NCBI GenBank assembly: GCA_001600815.1
Contig: BCKZ01000009.1
Coordinates: forward strand, 460,194 to 524,193
Length of the DNA: 64,000 bases
Origin: Alloascoidea hylecoeti
Lineage: Eukaryota
Reading direction: 5' to 3'
This document shows positions 60,965 to 64,000 of this stretch, one piece after another. Below the pieces are notes generated by a model. That model was given only the letters and a program-made list of their open reading frames with translations. It was not told where the DNA came from and searched no databases. The first letter of the stretch is position 1; the number at the start of each line of letters is the position of its first letter. The position numbers were made by a program, and so were the translations under genes.

Positions 60965-61769
60965 ATGTCTAAAGTCAAGAAAAAAACTCCTAAAAAGAAC
61001 CTAAAACTTGCCACAAGCTCTGTACCCCCTAGATCCAGTACTGCAAGTTTTGATTGGCCTAGATCTTTTTGGGATGCTCCCCCAACGACCGATTACACTT
61101 TCGATTTCAAACAGAAACCTCCAAAGCTTGTTAGTGTAGTACCATCTCAAATATATTTAATCGAAAATTTATTTTCACCGTCTCTTTGCAAAGATCTGTT
61201 AAACAAATTCAATGACTTGTCTATGGTAACTACACCCCTAATCAAGTCAAAAGATTATGCACCAAGAGTTAATGATCGTGTTTTGATGACCGATAATAAA
61301 GCCACAGACACTTTATGGCGTATCCTCAAACCTGCCCTTGAAGAAGTAGATGAGGATTGTTTTATTAGAGCTAGCGGCTTAAATCCTAACTTGAGAATTT
61401 ATCGTTACACAAAGGGTCATTATTTTGGGAAGCATTACGATGATAGTGTTGATGTTGTTATTGATGGCAAAAAGAAACAAACTAAATGGACGTTATTAGT
61501 CTATTTAAGTGGTGGATCTGGTGACGATTTAGAAGGTAAGTCATAATATTAAATCGATATGCCTTTGTGTTCAGTTGTCTAACTTCTCAAAATATTTAGG
61601 TGGTGCTACTATATTTTATTTACCTATTTCCCGATCGGAGCCTGTTAAAGTAAAACCAATAAAAGGCATGGCGCTATTACATAAACATGGTGATGACTGT
61701 TTCTTACACGAAGGCGAACTGGTTCGAAATGGTGTCAAATGGATATTAAGATCAGATATTGTTTATTAG
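60965..61769 (+). CDS. 2OG-Fe(II) dioxygenase (prolyl-4-hydroxylase-like fold), 2 exons
   Basis: GLNPNLRIYRY..G.YFGKHYD (HxD motif); intron 61536-61599; GGAT.F, LHEGELVRNGVKWILRSD. Confidence 0.9.
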
Positions 61770-61902
61770 TGCCTGCTGGAAGTATTTACTCTTGACCAGT
61801 CAACTAAATATGGCTTTTTGACCCAATCAATACAGCCTCTTTGATAGTACCTTTTAAATATAAATAAATATAAATATTTAATACGCATCAAAGTATGTTG
61901 TA

Positions 61903-64000
61903 TTACTCTTTCCTGTCTCTAAAAAATGTGTCTATTTGTCGTACCCCTTCACTAAAAGAAGTACAATCATTTTTTGTCACAATCTTCTCCCTGATCCATA
62001 AGGATAGTTTATTTTGAATATAACTTTTTCCAAATCTATCATCCATTAGAATAACGACTGCATAATCGTTTTTATGTCTAATAGCACGTCCAACACTTTG
62101 ATTAACGGCCCGCATGCAAATATTTTCATAATAATCTCTACTAGCATTTTTGGCATCTGTTTGTGTACCACCAGATTTCAAAACTGACGTTTCAACAAAC
62201 TTCCTTTTAGCTATTAGTTCTCCTGAAAATGCATTGGAAAATGGTAGTCCAATCATAATTACGGCTCTAGCTAATGTATCTGAAAAATTAATCCCTTCAG
62301 ACATCTTACCGCCAACAACTGATAAGAGCAAAGCGCCCTGATTATCATTCATAGAAGATGATGCTTTCTCCGAATATTGTGTTAAAACCTGTGATAGTTT
62401 TTCAGATCCTTGTGGTTCCATAAAAACTGGCTTCACTTTATTTAAATCATCCCAAATTGCTGTCACTTTCCACCTTGAAACAACTTGATTCAAATATTTG
62501 TAACTAGGAAAGAATACTACAGCTCCGTTATGAATCTTTCTACAAAGTATAATAAGTGATTTTCCTAATTCATCAATCATTTCTTTGGAATTTCTTTTTG
62601 CAAACGAAAATTCCAGTTCTAAGTCAGAAGATCCTCTTCCAATGGGAATAACCTTCAAATTATCTTTTGGAATAATGTGTCCACATCGAAATCTCTTAAT
62701 TTGATTTGAAGGAATATAAGGAAATAAGTATCGCATATAATCATTAACCGGTTCCATTGTCCCGCCAGCTAATATCACACATCTTGCTTCTTCAATAATC
62801 TCACGAAATACGAAACTAGGGTCAAGAAGCATATACTGTAAAGATATATTCTGACCAGAGTTATCAAAAAATATCTTTCCTTCGGAAGAAGGATTTGATA
62901 ATGCATGTAAAAAGGCAGATATTTTGAAAAGTAAGGGTAATGATGAATTCTTTGGGGAATTTATTATATGATCATTTGGATTGTCCTTTATTTGCTTTAT
63001 TTTCTTTAATTTTTCTGAATATCTTTCTAACTTAAAAGCAATTTTTGATTTCTCCATATACTTTTCCAATTTATGAATATTTACTAAATCGGCAGTTGAA
63101 CCTTGAAAAATATCATTTGCTGTTATCTCAGTACCTGGTGCAGTATTTTGAGCATCTACTCTTGCTTTTATAAATGATTTTAAGAGTTTAATAAACTTTT
63201 TCAATTGTGATAAATAAATTCGATTATTATTATTGAATTTCTTCCAAAATTTTTGCATATAATGTTTTAAAGCTGTATCAATATCTAATAAATTACTTAG
63301 AGATACCGAACTTGAATTTAAAGAGGAAATTGTATCTAGAAGATTATGTGCTTCATCGATTATAATTATAGAAGATTTTAAATCAATGTTCAAGGCTGTT
63401 CGAGCCGACTTTGTAAGAAGAAGTTGATAAGGTAAGGTAATAATTTCAGCCGTTGATATCCCAGATCTAACGCTATAATAAGGGCATATAGTCAGTTCTT
63501 TTCCGATCGTTGTTAGATCCTCGATATCATGAACTTTCATGAAGGTTTTGTCCCTAAATTTAATAATATTATCTTGTGATGTATTATCGTACATTTTGGG
63601 AAAATATGGACAGGATTTATCCCCCGAATCTTTGTTTTGAAGATCTAAGCAGGCATCATTCATTAGCATAGCATCTTTTAGTTTTGCTACTTTTGAGTTA
63701 ATACATAATTGCTTCCTAGAGCCAAGTGGTAAAAACTTGGTCCTTTCATTTTCAATTTCACTAAACGTAGGTGGAAATGAAGTGAGTCGTAATTGACCTG
63801 AAAACTGACTAAGTTGTGAATGTGTTCTTGAGGCGAAATAAATTTTCAAATGACCATTATCGAGAGAATCTATTTTTGTAGTGGAAGAATCCTTCGGAGT
63901 ATCTAGAGCTTGTAATAAAAATAATACTTCCTGGGATATATTCCCATTTTTGCTATTTTCCGTGCCTTTATCATTTTCATCATCGCTGTAATAATCATCC
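61903..64000 (-). CDS. CHL1: Fe-S DNA helicase Chl1/DDX11, 5' part outside the window
   Basis: YFASRTHSQL, LGSRKQLCIN, CPYY, IIIDEAHNL, LAGGTMEP, GGKMSEGINFSD, NQSVGRAIRH. Frame stays open to the window end. Confidence 0.95.
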   Translation of the reverse strand, partial: DDYYSDDENDKGTENSKNGNISQEVLFLLQALDTPKDSSTTKIDSLDNGHLKIYFASRTHSQLSQFSGQLRLTSFPPTFSEIENERTKFLPLGSRKQLCINSKVAKLKDAMLMNDACLDLQNKDSGDKSCPYFPKMYDNTSQDNIIKFRDKTFMKVHDIEDLTTIGKELTICPYYSVRSGISTAEIITLPYQLLLTKSARTALNIDLKSSIIIIDEAHNLLDTISSLNSSSVSLSNLLDIDTALKHYMQKFWKKFNNNNRIYLSQLKKFIKLLKSFIKARVDAQNTAPGTEITANDIFQGSTADLVNIHKLEKYMEKSKIAFKLERYSEKLKKIKQIKDNPNDHIINSPKNSSLPLLFKISAFLHALSNPSSEGKIFFDNSGQNISLQYMLLDPSFVFREIIEEARCVILAGGTMEPVNDYMRYLFPYIPSNQIKRFRCGHIIPKDNLKVIPIGRGSSDLELEFSFAKRNSKEMIDELGKSLIILCRKIHNGAVVFFPSYKYLNQVVSRWKVTAIWDDLNKVKPVFMEPQGSEKLSQVLTQYSEKASSSMNDNQGALLLSVVGGKMSEGINFSDTLARAVIMIGLPFSNAFSGELIAKRKFVETSVLKSGGTQTDAKNASRDYYENICMRAVNQSVGRAIRHKNDYAVVILMDDRFGKSYIQNKLSLWIREKIVTKNDCTSFSEGVRQIDTFFRDRKE

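Overview
AT-rich, gene-dense fungal nuclear DNA. It most resembles an early-branching budding yeast (Saccharomycotina-like): many 50-80 nt spliceosomal introns with relaxed splice signals, and CTG read as Leu at conserved positions. I can support about 30 protein-coding genes. Most are housekeeping: RPS30, EFM7, UTP18, PPS1, a cysteine synthase, COA3, EMC3, RAI1, BRL1/BRR6, RMD8-like, RTF1, RAP1-like, TPD3-like, COX5, COG5, IRA/NF1 RasGAP, REX4, ATP19, a 2OG-Fe(II) oxygenase and a partial CHL1. Several are missing or fragmented in the ORF track and were rebuilt by hand from splice sites. No tRNA, rRNA, CRISPR array or autonomous transposon was seen. The most interesting signals are: (1) a tandem KRE1-domain pair, one GPI-anchored and one lacking any anchor (candidate secreted killer-toxin decoy), separated by two transposon relics; (2) a long-TIR non-autonomous element family with three copies, plus a pogo/Fot1-type MITE; (3) a single-Myb BRCT-Myb-RCT Rap1; (4) an RPS30 promoter combining Homol-D, Tbf1-like and Rap1-like motifs; (5) an ATP synthase subunit k ending in CCCS; (6) a probable Red1/SYCP2-like meiotic axis gene head-to-head with a disordered SIM/prion-like orphan. 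All functional interpretations are inferences from sequence reading only; no database searches were run.
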